Positions 40,527 to 50,050 of a stretch of 64,000 bases of DNA are shown here, one piece after another. A model generated the notes under the pieces. That model did no database searches. It was not told where the DNA came from and saw nothing but the letters and a program-made list of their open reading frames with translations. The stretch comes from Patescibacteria group bacterium (GTDB lineage Bacteria; Patescibacteriota; Patescibacteriia; JAXHNJ01). The position numbers were made by a program, and so were the translations under genes. The stretch covers positions 386,579 through 450,578 of the forward strand of contig JAXHNJ010000001.1 in assembly GCA_034520665.1 (NCBI GenBank), given 5' to 3'. Within the stretch, counting starts at the first letter, position 1. Every line of letters starts with the position of its first letter.

Positions 40527-41357
40527 ATGATTAATGGTAAAAAAATAATAATGTCAGACGATTATGGCTTTTGTTTTGGAGTTAAACGAGCTATAAGGGA
40601 GTTAAAAAAAACAAAAGGCCAAGCCTATACTCTAGGCCCAGTTATACACAATCCTCAAGTTGTCGATTACTTTAAGAAAAAGGGCATCAGACCTATTGAC
40701 AGACTTTCTAAAAAAATAAAACCAGGCAAACTTTTTATAAGAGCTCATGGAGTATCAGATCAAAAAAAAGAACAAGCAAAAAAAATGGGGTTTGAGATAT
40801 TTGATCTAACCTGTCCTTTTGTAAAAAAGGCTCAAATATTAGCTAAAAAACTAGAAAAACAAGGCTATCAAGTGGTTATTTTAGGCTTAAAAAACCACCC
40901 GGAAACTAAGGCTATAGCTGAAAATTTAAAAAATCCCATTATTTTACAAAATCATAAATGCTCATCCTTAAACAAAAATAAAATTGGTGTCATCTGCCAA
41001 ACAACTTCTAATATAAAAAATACTAAAAAAATATTAAATAAAATAAAAAAAACCGCTCAAGAGGTAAAAATTTATAATACAATCTGCCAAGCAACAAAAA
41101 AAAGGCAAAAAGCAGCCCATAAAATGGCCAGGCAATCAGATATAGTTATAGTTATCGGGGGTCGTTATTCCTCAAACACAAAGAAACTAAAACAGGTTTG
41201 CCAGGAGTATGGGCCCACCTACCATATTGAAACAGAAAAAGAATTAAAGAAAAAATGGTTTAAAAATAAAAAAACCATCGGTATTACCGCTGGGGCCTCT
41301 ACGCCGGACTGGATAATTAATAAAGTAGTTAAAAAGATAAAAGAAATTAATTCCTAA
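40527..41357 (+). CDS. ispH: 4-hydroxy-3-methylbut-2-enyl diphosphate reductase
   Basis: GFCFGV, HN, RAHG, TCPFV, HPE, QTT, TICQAT, SSN, TAGASTP; ATG 40527 preferred because ATG 40515 lies inside the -10 box. Confidence 0.93.
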   Translation: MINGKKIIMSDDYGFCFGVKRAIRELKKTKGQAYTLGPVIHNPQVVDYFKKKGIRPIDRLSKKIKPGKLFIRAHGVSDQKKEQAKKMGFEIFDLTCPFVKKAQILAKKLEKQGYQVVILGLKNHPETKAIAENLKNPIILQNHKCSSLNKNKIGVICQTTSNIKNTKKILNKIKKTAQEVKIYNTICQATKKRQKAAHKMARQSDIVIVIGGRYSSNTKKLKQVCQEYGPTYHIETEKELKKKWFKNKKTIGITAGASTPDWIINKVVKKIKEINS

Positions 41358-41365
41358 AAAAAGGA

Positions 41366-43159
41366 TTACTCCAAGACAGCTTTTATTCTCCTTACGCCTT
41401 TGGAGGATGATTTTTCGGATTTTATTTTAAAATGGCCTATCTCTGAGGTTTTCTTGACATGCGGACCAGCACAAATTTCCTTGGAAAAATCACCTACTTT
41501 ATAAACCTTTACTAGATCAGGATATTTTTCTTTGAAAAACGATAAAGCATCAGATTTAACCGCTTTTTCATAAGGCATTTCTTCGCAGGTTACTTTTAAA
41601 TCTTTTTCTATAATTTCATTTACCTTATCTTCCACTTCTTTTTTTTCTTGTTCAGTCATTTTTTGGGAATGCGAAAAATCAAATCTCAGTCTCTCCGGTT
41701 TTAAGTCTGAGCCCATCTGCTTAACATGGTCACCTAAGACTTCTCTTAAGGCCTGATGTAGTAAATGAGTAGCTGTATGCTGTTTAGTCACTTTTTCACC
41801 CAAGTCCCCCACGCCACCAAATTTTTTTTCGGCCCCAGCTCGGGATATTTTTTTGTGGGCCTCAACCATTTTTCCAAATTCTTTCTCATTAAATTGATAA
41901 CCCTTTTTCCTGATTAAGTTTGGGCTTAGACCATAAGTAGAATAAAGCTGAAAGGCTTCTTGAGCCGTTATTTTACGAGATGAGGGCTTTTTCTTTTCCG
42001 AAGATTTTTTTTTGTTTTTACCCATCTTTTTAAATACTTTTTCCACTTCTGTTTTTAAGATTTTATCATAAGTTTTGGTTTCATCACGTAAAAGAGTTAA
42101 AATATTCTCCTTTTTTTCCTTAAGACGAGGATAGTAAGGATTATATATCTCTATAACTTTTTCAACTAAGATTTCTAGAGAAAAATTAGTGCCTTCAAAC
42201 TGATCAATTAACCGCCTGAAAATACGGCGCAGAATATATCCTTCTTCTTTGTTCGAAAACTGAACGCCGTCAGCTATTAGAAAAACACAGGCCTTAATAT
42301 GATCAGCAATTATTCTTAAACTCTTGACTTTCTCAATTTCACTTTGTAACTTTTCAATTTGAGGATCTTTTTTAGCTTCTTCTATTATAGGTCTAAAAAG
42401 ATCAGTTTGAAAAACTGATGATTTTTTTTGCATTATCATAAGCAAACGTTCTAAACCCATACCCGTATCAATATTCTTAGTCGGTAAATCTTTAAACTTA
42501 CCTTGAGCGTCTTTGAGGTATTGAGTAAATACTAAATTCCATATTTCAACAAATCGTCCGCATTCACAATTGGGCTGACAATCTTTGCCTCTTGAGCAAG
42601 ATTGCCCGGTCAAATCGTAATGAATTTCTGAGCTTGGCCCACAAGGTCCGGTTTTACCCGGCGGCCCCCACCAGTTTTCTTTTCGACCAAATTCACTTAT
42701 TTTATCTTGATTAAGATAATTTTGCCATATTTTTATAGCTTCAAAATCTTTAACCACTTCATCATCACCTTTAAACACCGTGGCGTAGAGTCTTTTTTTA
42801 TTTAATTTCAGTTCTTTAACCAGAAATTCAAAAGCGTATTTTATAGCTTCTTCTTTGAAATATCCACCAATGGAAAAATTACCCATCATTTCAAAAAAAG
42901 TGAGGTGACTGGCATCTCCAACTGAATCAATATCAGAGGTACGAAAACATTTTTGGATACTGGTTAAATTTCTGTTTTTAAAATCTTTTTTAACTGACAA
43001 TTCTCCTAAATAATAGGGTTTAAATGGCTGCATACCAGCCGTAGTTAAGAGCACTGAGGAATCATTAGCTGGAATAAGTGAAGAACTGGCCATATGAGTA
43101 TGCTTTAATTTATTACCAAAATAATTTATAAACTTTTCGCGTATTTTTTTTGATTTCAT
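41366..43159 (-). CDS. alaS: Alanine--tRNA ligase, shortened (no C-Ala domain)
   Basis: TTAGMQPFK, HLTFFEMMGNFS, GPCGP, EIWNLVF, IDTGMGLER; editing HTATHLLH and EICAGPH; 597 aa. Confidence 0.95.
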   Translation of the reverse strand: MKSKKIREKFINYFGNKLKHTHMASSSLIPANDSSVLLTTAGMQPFKPYYLGELSVKKDFKNRNLTSIQKCFRTSDIDSVGDASHLTFFEMMGNFSIGGYFKEEAIKYAFEFLVKELKLNKKRLYATVFKGDDEVVKDFEAIKIWQNYLNQDKISEFGRKENWWGPPGKTGPCGPSSEIHYDLTGQSCSRGKDCQPNCECGRFVEIWNLVFTQYLKDAQGKFKDLPTKNIDTGMGLERLLMIMQKKSSVFQTDLFRPIIEEAKKDPQIEKLQSEIEKVKSLRIIADHIKACVFLIADGVQFSNKEEGYILRRIFRRLIDQFEGTNFSLEILVEKVIEIYNPYYPRLKEKKENILTLLRDETKTYDKILKTEVEKVFKKMGKNKKKSSEKKKPSSRKITAQEAFQLYSTYGLSPNLIRKKGYQFNEKEFGKMVEAHKKISRAGAEKKFGGVGDLGEKVTKQHTATHLLHQALREVLGDHVKQMGSDLKPERLRFDFSHSQKMTEQEKKEVEDKVNEIIEKDLKVTCEEMPYEKAVKSDALSFFKEKYPDLVKVYKVGDFSKEICAGPHVKKTSEIGHFKIKSEKSSSKGVRRIKAVLE

Positions 43160-43567
43160 TATTTGTTATTTTAACTATAAATAAAAAAATTTTCAAGGGT
43201 TAGGAAATAATTTAAATTAGCTTTAATAAGACTAGATATTACTAATTAGAATTAAGCAATACAAATACTATTTTCTAATAAACTATTATATGGTATAATA
43301 AATTTACTAAAATATATATTAATTCAGCCAGTTTTTTATAGATAGAATTTTATAAAACAGCAAAGATAGTGAAATTTAATAAGATTTTGAGTAAAATACT
43401 ACATACTCAACATTTATTGATAGTATAATTATAATCAGTGGTTTTTATATGGCTCAAAGCAAAAAAGATTACATGGTTAATTTCTTATTTTTACCAGTAG
43501 CAGTATTTTTATGTTGAATATTTTAAATCAAAATAATTAGTAAATTTAAAATATTAAAAATAAAATT

Positions 43568-45082
43568 ATGAATAAAAATAATTCGCGATTATTAAAATTA
43601 TTTTTTCTTGTTACTTTGTGTTTATTAATCACTTTATTTAATTTTCAGGAAGCTAAAGCTTTTGTTTTTGGCAGTTATCAAAACATTAGAAAATTTAATA
43701 ATCTTATTGACACTCCTGCTTCTTACAATAGCGGCCGTTTGCTCTTTGAAGATTCAGATTCAGTGACTGACAGCGCTAATTTATTTTGGGATAATTCTAA
43801 TCAATATTTAAGTGTGGGGGGAGCTAGCGCGAGTAATACATTAGACATACATGGCGGTATTGATTCTGATACTTTAAATACTGGCCAGGGTGATTATGAG
43901 CTTTATGCTATGAATCAAGATGTAGAAACTACTGATAATGTAACTTTTAATGACTTAACTATTTCATCTCCTTTAAATATTTATGCCTTATCGCATAATA
44001 GTTTTACTGGATTACCTGGATTACAGGGTGGCACGACTAACGAATATTATCATCTAACTAGTGCTGAATATAGTGGTTATAATAATACTAATTGGGATAA
44101 CGCTTATGACCATTCCCAAGATAACACACAAGCTCATTCAGATTATTTATTAAACACAGGAGACACAGCAACCGGAGATTATACTTTTGATACAAACACT
44201 TTTCACATTGACGCAACAAATAATAAAGTGGGAGTGGGCACAACCAGCCCAGCAGCAAGTTTACACGTAGTTAAAAGTGGGGGAACAGCAACAGATTCTA
44301 TTATTACAGTTGAGTCTACAAGTTCTTTAATTAACCCTCAAATTCGGTTTATTAATGATGAAGATGTTACAGCTCAATTTATTATGTCTCGTTCACCTTC
44401 TTCTACAGCCGGACAATTTATGATTCGTCAGCAAAGTAGTTCAGATGATATTGTTTTTGAAGTTGGCTCAAACTTAGAAGTTGCAAGATTTACAAATAAT
44501 ATGGTAGGTATAGGAACAAGCAGTCCAAGTTATGTTTTAGATGTTAAAGGTCGGAAAAGTATTGGCTCAGCTACTATTACTGGCTCTGGTTTAGATGATA
44601 TGAGCACAAGTGGAACGTTCACTGGCTCAGCAACTACTAATTATCGTGTGCAAATAGATGGTCTGGGCGACCCATTTTTGAAAACTCCAGATACTTTCAA
44701 ATGGTCAGATGATGGTGGCTCAACTTGGGATGCAACAACAGTAGATATTACTGGCTCAACTCAATCATTAAATAATGGAGTAAGAATAACTTTTGGAGCA
44801 ACCACTGGTCATGATTTAGGAGATTACTGGGATTTTACTGCAACTGTTATAGACCCTTTTTCAGTCCAAAGTGCAAGTGGGACAAATTTGTTTCATGTAG
44901 GGAATGATGGAGCAGTAACAAGAAGAGAACTATCGGCAGACCCTTCAGACCCAGATGAAGGAAGCCATGTTATTTGGCAAAGTGATGGAACTGGAACAGG
45001 AGATGATGGAGATATTATGATGAAAATAACTGCCGGTGGAACAACAAAAACTACTACACTAGTAGATTTTAGTGCAATATAA
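43568..45082 (+). CDS. Secreted acidic protein resembling phage tail-fibre/beta-rich fibre proteins
   Basis: Signal peptide ending AKA; repeated VG(V/I)GTxSP...L(H/D)V motifs; T/S/D/G-rich. Confidence 0.65.
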   Translation: MNKNNSRLLKLFFLVTLCLLITLFNFQEAKAFVFGSYQNIRKFNNLIDTPASYNSGRLLFEDSDSVTDSANLFWDNSNQYLSVGGASASNTLDIHGGIDSDTLNTGQGDYELYAMNQDVETTDNVTFNDLTISSPLNIYALSHNSFTGLPGLQGGTTNEYYHLTSAEYSGYNNTNWDNAYDHSQDNTQAHSDYLLNTGDTATGDYTFDTNTFHIDATNNKVGVGTTSPAASLHVVKSGGTATDSIITVESTSSLINPQIRFINDEDVTAQFIMSRSPSSTAGQFMIRQQSSSDDIVFEVGSNLEVARFTNNMVGIGTSSPSYVLDVKGRKSIGSATITGSGLDDMSTSGTFTGSATTNYRVQIDGLGDPFLKTPDTFKWSDDGGSTWDATTVDITGSTQSLNNGVRITFGATTGHDLGDYWDFTATVIDPFSVQSASGTNLFHVGNDGAVTRRELSADPSDPDEGSHVIWQSDGTGTGDDGDIMMKITAGGTTKTTTLVDFSAI

Positions 45083-45133
45083 AATGAAAACCCATTGGAG
45101 AACCGACTAAATACTCAAATCTAATAAGAATAG

Positions 45134-45226
45134 ATGTTAATGCTCCAGCAGTCAGCAGCCGGAGCTGCCACCGGTGAATTATGGGCTGATAGCGATGATG
45201 CTTATACGGTTAAATTAGGCCAATAA
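45134..45226 (+). pseudogene. Orphan 30-codon fragment resembling an alternative fibre C-terminus
   Basis: Translates MLMLQQSAAGAATGELWADSDDAYTVKLGQ*; more GC-rich than its flanks and in the same frame as 43568..45082. Confidence 0.45.
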
Positions 45227-45247
45227 TTATTAAATAATACTTCTAAA

Positions 45248-48200
45248 ATGATAAAAAAAGTCAAAACAAAGTTTATATTATTCTTAGTCTTTTCCATATT
45301 TTTTTATTTATTAAAAATCCCTTCTATTTCTGCTATTCCTTCGGCTTACCAGAGATGTGAAACAAATAGCAGCTGCACTATTGGCGAATATGTTTTTGAA
45401 GATGATGGTCACACACCGATTATTACTGATAATTTCTGCCAAATTACCATTACCAACCCGAGTGACGGGGTTGAGGTCAATGCGGCTAATATGAGTGATA
45501 AAGATGATGGTTGGTATTATTATTCTGTTTCCGGCCTTACAGCAAAGGGTTTATACAGGGCTTTAATCTGTTGTGATGTGAGTGGTACTGATGAGCAATG
45601 TATCGACAAATCCTTCATAGTTGGAACTTCGCTTGATAACCTAAGAAAAGGTACTTTTGATTTTAATGGCCAGGCTGATTCTGGTACTACCACCACTCTA
45701 GTTGACGCTGAATTAATCCAGCCTGATGACTTTTGGAATGATTACAGTCTTATTATGATCTCAGGCAGCAATATTGGTCAAGAAAAAACTGTTTCTGATT
45801 TTGTTTCCAGCACTGACACCATAACTGTTTCTTCAGCTTTTTCTAATGCTGTTAGTGCTGGCGACGAATATATTTTAAAACACGAAACCAGTTTAATAAA
45901 AAACATTTGGACCTGGACTTCTGATACAGCTTCATTTTTTGCTAGTGCGGCTGGTGAAATATGGAGTTATACTGGGGCTTCCTTAGATACGACCGGCAAT
46001 GCTATAGCTAAGGTTTGGTCCTATGCTACCAGAACATTAACTGGCAATGACAACTTTAATGACCCCACTTCAGCTCAAATAGCCAGTGATGTCTGGTCTG
46101 AAGCCAGCCGAACTTTGACCGATTACAGTAATGATTTAAGTGCTAGTGATGTCTGGTCTTACGCCACACGCCAATTAACTTCCCGGTATACTAATGAAAA
46201 CACGCCAGTGGATCTAGCTCAAGTAGCTAATGTTTCTTTTTTAGCTACTTCGGCTGAACTTTCCACTACTGAAACTAATTTAACTAGTGAAATTGACGCT
46301 AATGAAACATTAATTAATAATCTTAATGATATTAGTGCTTCAGACGTTTGGTCTTACGCTAATCGCACCATTACTGACCCGGATAATATTTGGGAATACG
46401 CCTTAACACAAATCGGAGATACTGGCTCAATTGGAGAATTACTAAAAGATAATATTAACGCTACTATTTCTTCTCGGTCCTCGCATAGTGCTTCTGATGT
46501 CTGGAGCGTGGCCACCAGAACATTAACTGGCAATGACAACTTTAATGACCCCACTTCAGCTCAAATAGCCAGTGATGTCTGGTCTGAAGCCAGCCGAACT
46601 TTGACTGATTATGGTAATGATATTACTGCTTTAGATGTTTGGAATGTTTTAAGCTCTACTCTAACTACTACTGATAGTATTGGTGAACAATTAAGTGATA
46701 ATATAGATACTACTATTTCTAGCCGGGCCAGCCAAACCTCTCTAGATTCTGCCCAAACAGATATTACTTATATCCGCTCAGAAATTGACTCTGTCTATAC
46801 AGACACCCAACATATTAGCACTACTGTAGATAATATACTTTCCAATTGGTCCTCTTATACAGCTTCAGATATTATTGATGATTTAGATGGTATTAAAAAT
46901 TTAATTGGTGCTTCTACAGATTCCTCCGCTACAGAAACAATATTCGGTCGGGCCAAATACATTCAGGAAAAATGGGGCAACCAGACTGCTGAAAATATTT
47001 ACAACACATCTAATTCGACTCTAACTACTATAAATAGTGTACAAACTGAACTGGGTTATAATGGACTCTCCTCAACAGCTAAATCCGACCTTCAAAACAT
47101 TAAAACTTATACTGATAATTTAGAAACTTACCTTGGTTCACCTTCAGATAATTCTTCAACTGATTCCTTGTTCGGCAAAGTAGCCGCTGTAAAAACTAAG
47201 CTAGATCAACTTGACACTTTAGAAAGTAAGCTCAATACAGTAGAGACAGTGGTTGATGCCTTAAGCAGCTCTAGTTCAACAATTAGCGGCGAAATAAGTA
47301 TAGATGAAACTGACCCCATTTATACTTTGCTTAATAATATCAGCCGTGATATTCAAGTTATTGCCGGTGATCAAGGATATAATTTAGATAATCTTTATAA
47401 TATATCCCAGGAAAATTCGACCGATCTGACCTATCTTAGTAATAAAACAGCTGATTTAAAAACAGTTATTGATATTAATAAAAATCTAATAACTAAAATT
47501 ATAAATGAACCAGTTATTAAAACCTGGTATACTGAAGGATCAATTATTCTGAATATTCTAGTTATTAATCCGCCGGATACTGAAAGAACAGTTACTATTA
47601 AAGAATACTTACCTGAAGAAATTAGGGAAGAACATATCATAGAATTACCCAAAGAGTTAGAGCTTAATTATGACGCTGATCTGGATAAATATTATGTAAC
47701 AGCTGAAGTTAGATTGAAAGCCAACGAAAGAATAATCTTTAAAGTTAAAGCTGAAGATATTTATAAAATTTCTGATGATAAAGTTAATAATTTAAGAAAT
47801 CAGGCTAAAAGCCTGATGGAACCCCTTAAAAATACTAATTATTTTGCCCAGGCTTCACTTTTAAAATCAGAGATTGACGTTAATCTTGATACTGTTGTCA
47901 GAAATCAAGAAAAAAAACTTAGCAATGTCTTAAGAAAAATTTCACTGTTTAGGGAATGTCAAAAAAATCTTCAAAAAGTTGAGTTAAATTTAGAATCTCT
48001 AAAAACGCTTAATTCCGAAGTGAGCAGTCAACAGGGTATTTTAGGCAATTTACTCGGTGTTTCAACAACTATGACCTGGGCTATTATTATAATGCTGGTT
48101 GTCGGCATAGCTGTTCTTATGATTTTGCTTTATGTTTTACTGGCAAAACAACGGGCTATGGAACATCATATATCCGGTGGGGAAAAATTAAAAGCACCGC

Positions 48201-48379
48201 CTCTAGTTGATGTGAGAAAACACGCTACTCGCATTAAAGGTGGTCTTATTACTTATTTTTTGCCTCCTTTTGGTAAACCAGTGGTTGAATTGGGCCGGTT
48301 AATTAGTCTAATTAAAATTCTGCTAACAGTAGGTTTCTTGATAATTTTATTATTTTTAGTAATATATTTTTATTTCTAA
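45248..48379 (+). CDS. Large cell-surface protein: signal peptide, Cys-containing head, VW/IW-repeat stalk, coiled coil, two C-terminal TM anchors
   Basis: About 10 (S/A)D(V/I)WSxxxRxLT-like repeats; hydrophobic segments WAIIIMLVVGIAVLMILLYVLL and LLTVGFLIILLFLVIYFYF. Confidence 0.75.
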   Translation: MIKKVKTKFILFLVFSIFFYLLKIPSISAIPSAYQRCETNSSCTIGEYVFEDDGHTPIITDNFCQITITNPSDGVEVNAANMSDKDDGWYYYSVSGLTAKGLYRALICCDVSGTDEQCIDKSFIVGTSLDNLRKGTFDFNGQADSGTTTTLVDAELIQPDDFWNDYSLIMISGSNIGQEKTVSDFVSSTDTITVSSAFSNAVSAGDEYILKHETSLIKNIWTWTSDTASFFASAAGEIWSYTGASLDTTGNAIAKVWSYATRTLTGNDNFNDPTSAQIASDVWSEASRTLTDYSNDLSASDVWSYATRQLTSRYTNENTPVDLAQVANVSFLATSAELSTTETNLTSEIDANETLINNLNDISASDVWSYANRTITDPDNIWEYALTQIGDTGSIGELLKDNINATISSRSSHSASDVWSVATRTLTGNDNFNDPTSAQIASDVWSEASRTLTDYGNDITALDVWNVLSSTLTTTDSIGEQLSDNIDTTISSRASQTSLDSAQTDITYIRSEIDSVYTDTQHISTTVDNILSNWSSYTASDIIDDLDGIKNLIGASTDSSATETIFGRAKYIQEKWGNQTAENIYNTSNSTLTTINSVQTELGYNGLSSTAKSDLQNIKTYTDNLETYLGSPSDNSSTDSLFGKVAAVKTKLDQLDTLESKLNTVETVVDALSSSSSTISGEISIDETDPIYTLLNNISRDIQVIAGDQGYNLDNLYNISQENSTDLTYLSNKTADLKTVIDINKNLITKIINEPVIKTWYTEGSIILNILVINPPDTERTVTIKEYLPEEIREEHIIELPKELELNYDADLDKYYVTAEVRLKANERIIFKVKAEDIYKISDDKVNNLRNQAKSLMEPLKNTNYFAQASLLKSEIDVNLDTVVRNQEKKLSNVLRKISLFRECQKNLQKVELNLESLKTLNSEVSSQQGILGNLLGVSTTMTWAIIIMLVVGIAVLMILLYVLLAKQRAMEHHISGGEKLKAPPLVDVRKHATRIKGGLITYFLPPFGKPVVELGRLISLIKILLTVGFLIILLFLVIYFYF
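46028..46605 (+). repeat. 92-bp identical intragenic direct repeat (46028-46119 and 46514-46605)
   Basis: Both copies encode TRTLTGNDNFNDPTSAQIASDVWSEASRTL; offset 486 bp (in frame). Confidence 0.9.
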
Positions 48380-48541
48380 ATTATTATAATTATGCCGATA
48401 GAATCAAATTCGTATTCGGATAATATTAAAATATTTTTCATAATTATTAGTTCTTTTTTTTTACCTCTGGCAAGCAACCAAAAGCATTAAATGCTTATCT
48501 AAGGCTTATCCGCTTAAGTAAAGACTATCTTTTAGTCTCCG

Positions 48542-49570
48542 CTATTTTTTTATTATACCACCGCCGATTAGAAAATTATTCTTATAAATAGCCACTGATT
48601 GCCCCGGAGTTAAAGCCCTTTGACTTTTTTTGAACTGAATAATGTATTTCCCTTTATTTTTTTTAAAATTGGCTAGACTACCCCGATGACGGTAACGCGG
48701 TTTAGCAACTACACTAGTTGGTAGGTTTATTTTTTTTATAATATTAACTAATTTCAAATTAACTCTTTTTTGTAAAAGATCCGATTTATCTCTGGTTACA
48801 AATATAATATTTTTCTTAACATTCTTATCAACTACATACCAGGGACCGCCGGATAGTCCCAGTCCAGTCCTCTGTCCCAAGGTGTAAAGAAAAACCCCCT
48901 GATGATCACCTAAAAATTCTCTACTACCTTTCTCCAAAATTTTTCCTTTTTTAGTTTTAATTTTATTTTTTAAAAATTCATTTAAAAAGCCCGGCACAAA
49001 ACATATTTCTTGAGATGATTTATAATCTTTTGAAATAAACTTTTGTTTTTTCGCTATTTTTGAAACCCTTTTCGATTTAACCTTACCTAAAGGGAAAAGA
49101 CAGTTTTTTATAAACTGGGGTTTTAAACGCCATAAAAAATATGATTGATCTTTTTCTTTATCGTGGGCCTTTTTTAGGTAGAATTTATTTTTAATTTTTG
49201 CTCTTTGTACGTAATGACCCGTAGCAATAAAGTCAGCTTTCATTTCTTTAGCTTTTCTATAAAATAAGCCAAATTTAATCAAGTGGTTACAAACAATACA
49301 GGGATTAGGCGTTAATCCCAGTTTATACTGCTTAACAAAATCCTGAATTACTCTTTTTTTGAACTCTTTTTTAAAATCCCAGACCATAAAAGGAATCTGT
49401 AATTTTTTGGCTGTTTTTTTAGCTCTAACTAATTTAATTTTTTCTTGTCCTTTAAAAAGTTTAAAAAATACCGCCGTTACTTCATAACCAGATTTTCTTA
49501 ATAAATACCCGGCCACGGCTGAGTCACGGCCGCCGGAAAGAGCAAGAAAAACTTTTTTTCTTTTTTTCAT
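48542..49570 (-). CDS. mnmA: tRNA-specific 2-thiouridylase MnmA
   Basis: SGGRDS PP-loop, TPNPCIVCN, ATGHY, KDQSYFL, SQEICF, YTLGQR, TPGQ. Confidence 0.94.
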   Translation of the reverse strand: MKKRKKVFLALSGGRDSAVAGYLLRKSGYEVTAVFFKLFKGQEKIKLVRAKKTAKKLQIPFMVWDFKKEFKKRVIQDFVKQYKLGLTPNPCIVCNHLIKFGLFYRKAKEMKADFIATGHYVQRAKIKNKFYLKKAHDKEKDQSYFLWRLKPQFIKNCLFPLGKVKSKRVSKIAKKQKFISKDYKSSQEICFVPGFLNEFLKNKIKTKKGKILEKGSREFLGDHQGVFLYTLGQRTGLGLSGGPWYVVDKNVKKNIIFVTRDKSDLLQKRVNLKLVNIIKKINLPTSVVAKPRYRHRGSLANFKKNKGKYIIQFKKSQRALTPGQSVAIYKNNFLIGGGIIKK

Positions 49571-49603
49571 AAATCAATTATAACCTGATAAAATTAAAAA
49601 GAC

Positions 49604-49636
49604 AAAAAAAGAGGGAAACTGCCTTGGCAGTTTCCC
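49604..49636 (-). terminator. Intrinsic terminator of 49643..50050
   Basis: GGGAAACTGCC/GGCAGTTTCCC stem (49613-49636) followed by a T run on the minus strand. Confidence 0.8.
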
Positions 49637-49642
49637 AAAAGA

Positions 49643-50050
49643 TTACACAGCTAAAAGAAGATGAGCGTGAAATTTTTCAGCCGGAGTCTTTCTAGGCGCC
49701 TCAAAAAAATAATTTCCTTCACGGCGCAAAATTCCATAAAGTACTCTACCACCAGCCAATTGACAGCGGAAAAACGGCTTATTCTTAAACTCTCTTTTAA
49801 GCAAGGAATAATTTAAGAGATTCGTGTTCATAGATTCCTGGCCAGGCAAACACAATACCATAACAGCCGCGACTTTATCCCCATCTTTGGTCAGGGCCCC
49901 TTCTAATTGATCTGCTTGCGCGCAGAAATAAACTGAATGTCCTTGATCCTCTATTTTATCTATCACCTCCTTTTTAAACATCTCGTTCATTTGCTTTTCT
50001 TCCTTATTTTTCCCCGCCATAGTAATGACAATAATGGCCTTTTTTGTCAT
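49643..50050 (-). CDS. Hypothetical protein (possibly degenerate receiver-like alpha/beta fold)
   Basis: Own TTGACA promoter, SD GAGGTG and terminator; no recognisable catalytic motif. Confidence 0.6.
   Translation of the reverse strand: MTKKAIIVITMAGKNKEEKQMNEMFKKEVIDKIEDQGHSVYFCAQADQLEGALTKDGDKVAAVMVLCLPGQESMNTNLLNYSLLKREFKNKPFFRCQLAGGRVLYGILRREGNYFFEAPRKTPAEKFHAHLLLAV

Noticed and set aside
45080-45226. Stop-codon readthrough into the orphan C-terminal fragment
   Set aside because: Four in-frame stops (TAA, TAA, TAA, TAG) intervene
43568-48379. Prophage or diversity-generating retroelement
   Set aside because: No capsid, terminase or RT gene; both proteins have signal peptides; the 92-bp repeat copies are identical rather than adenine-mutated TR/VR
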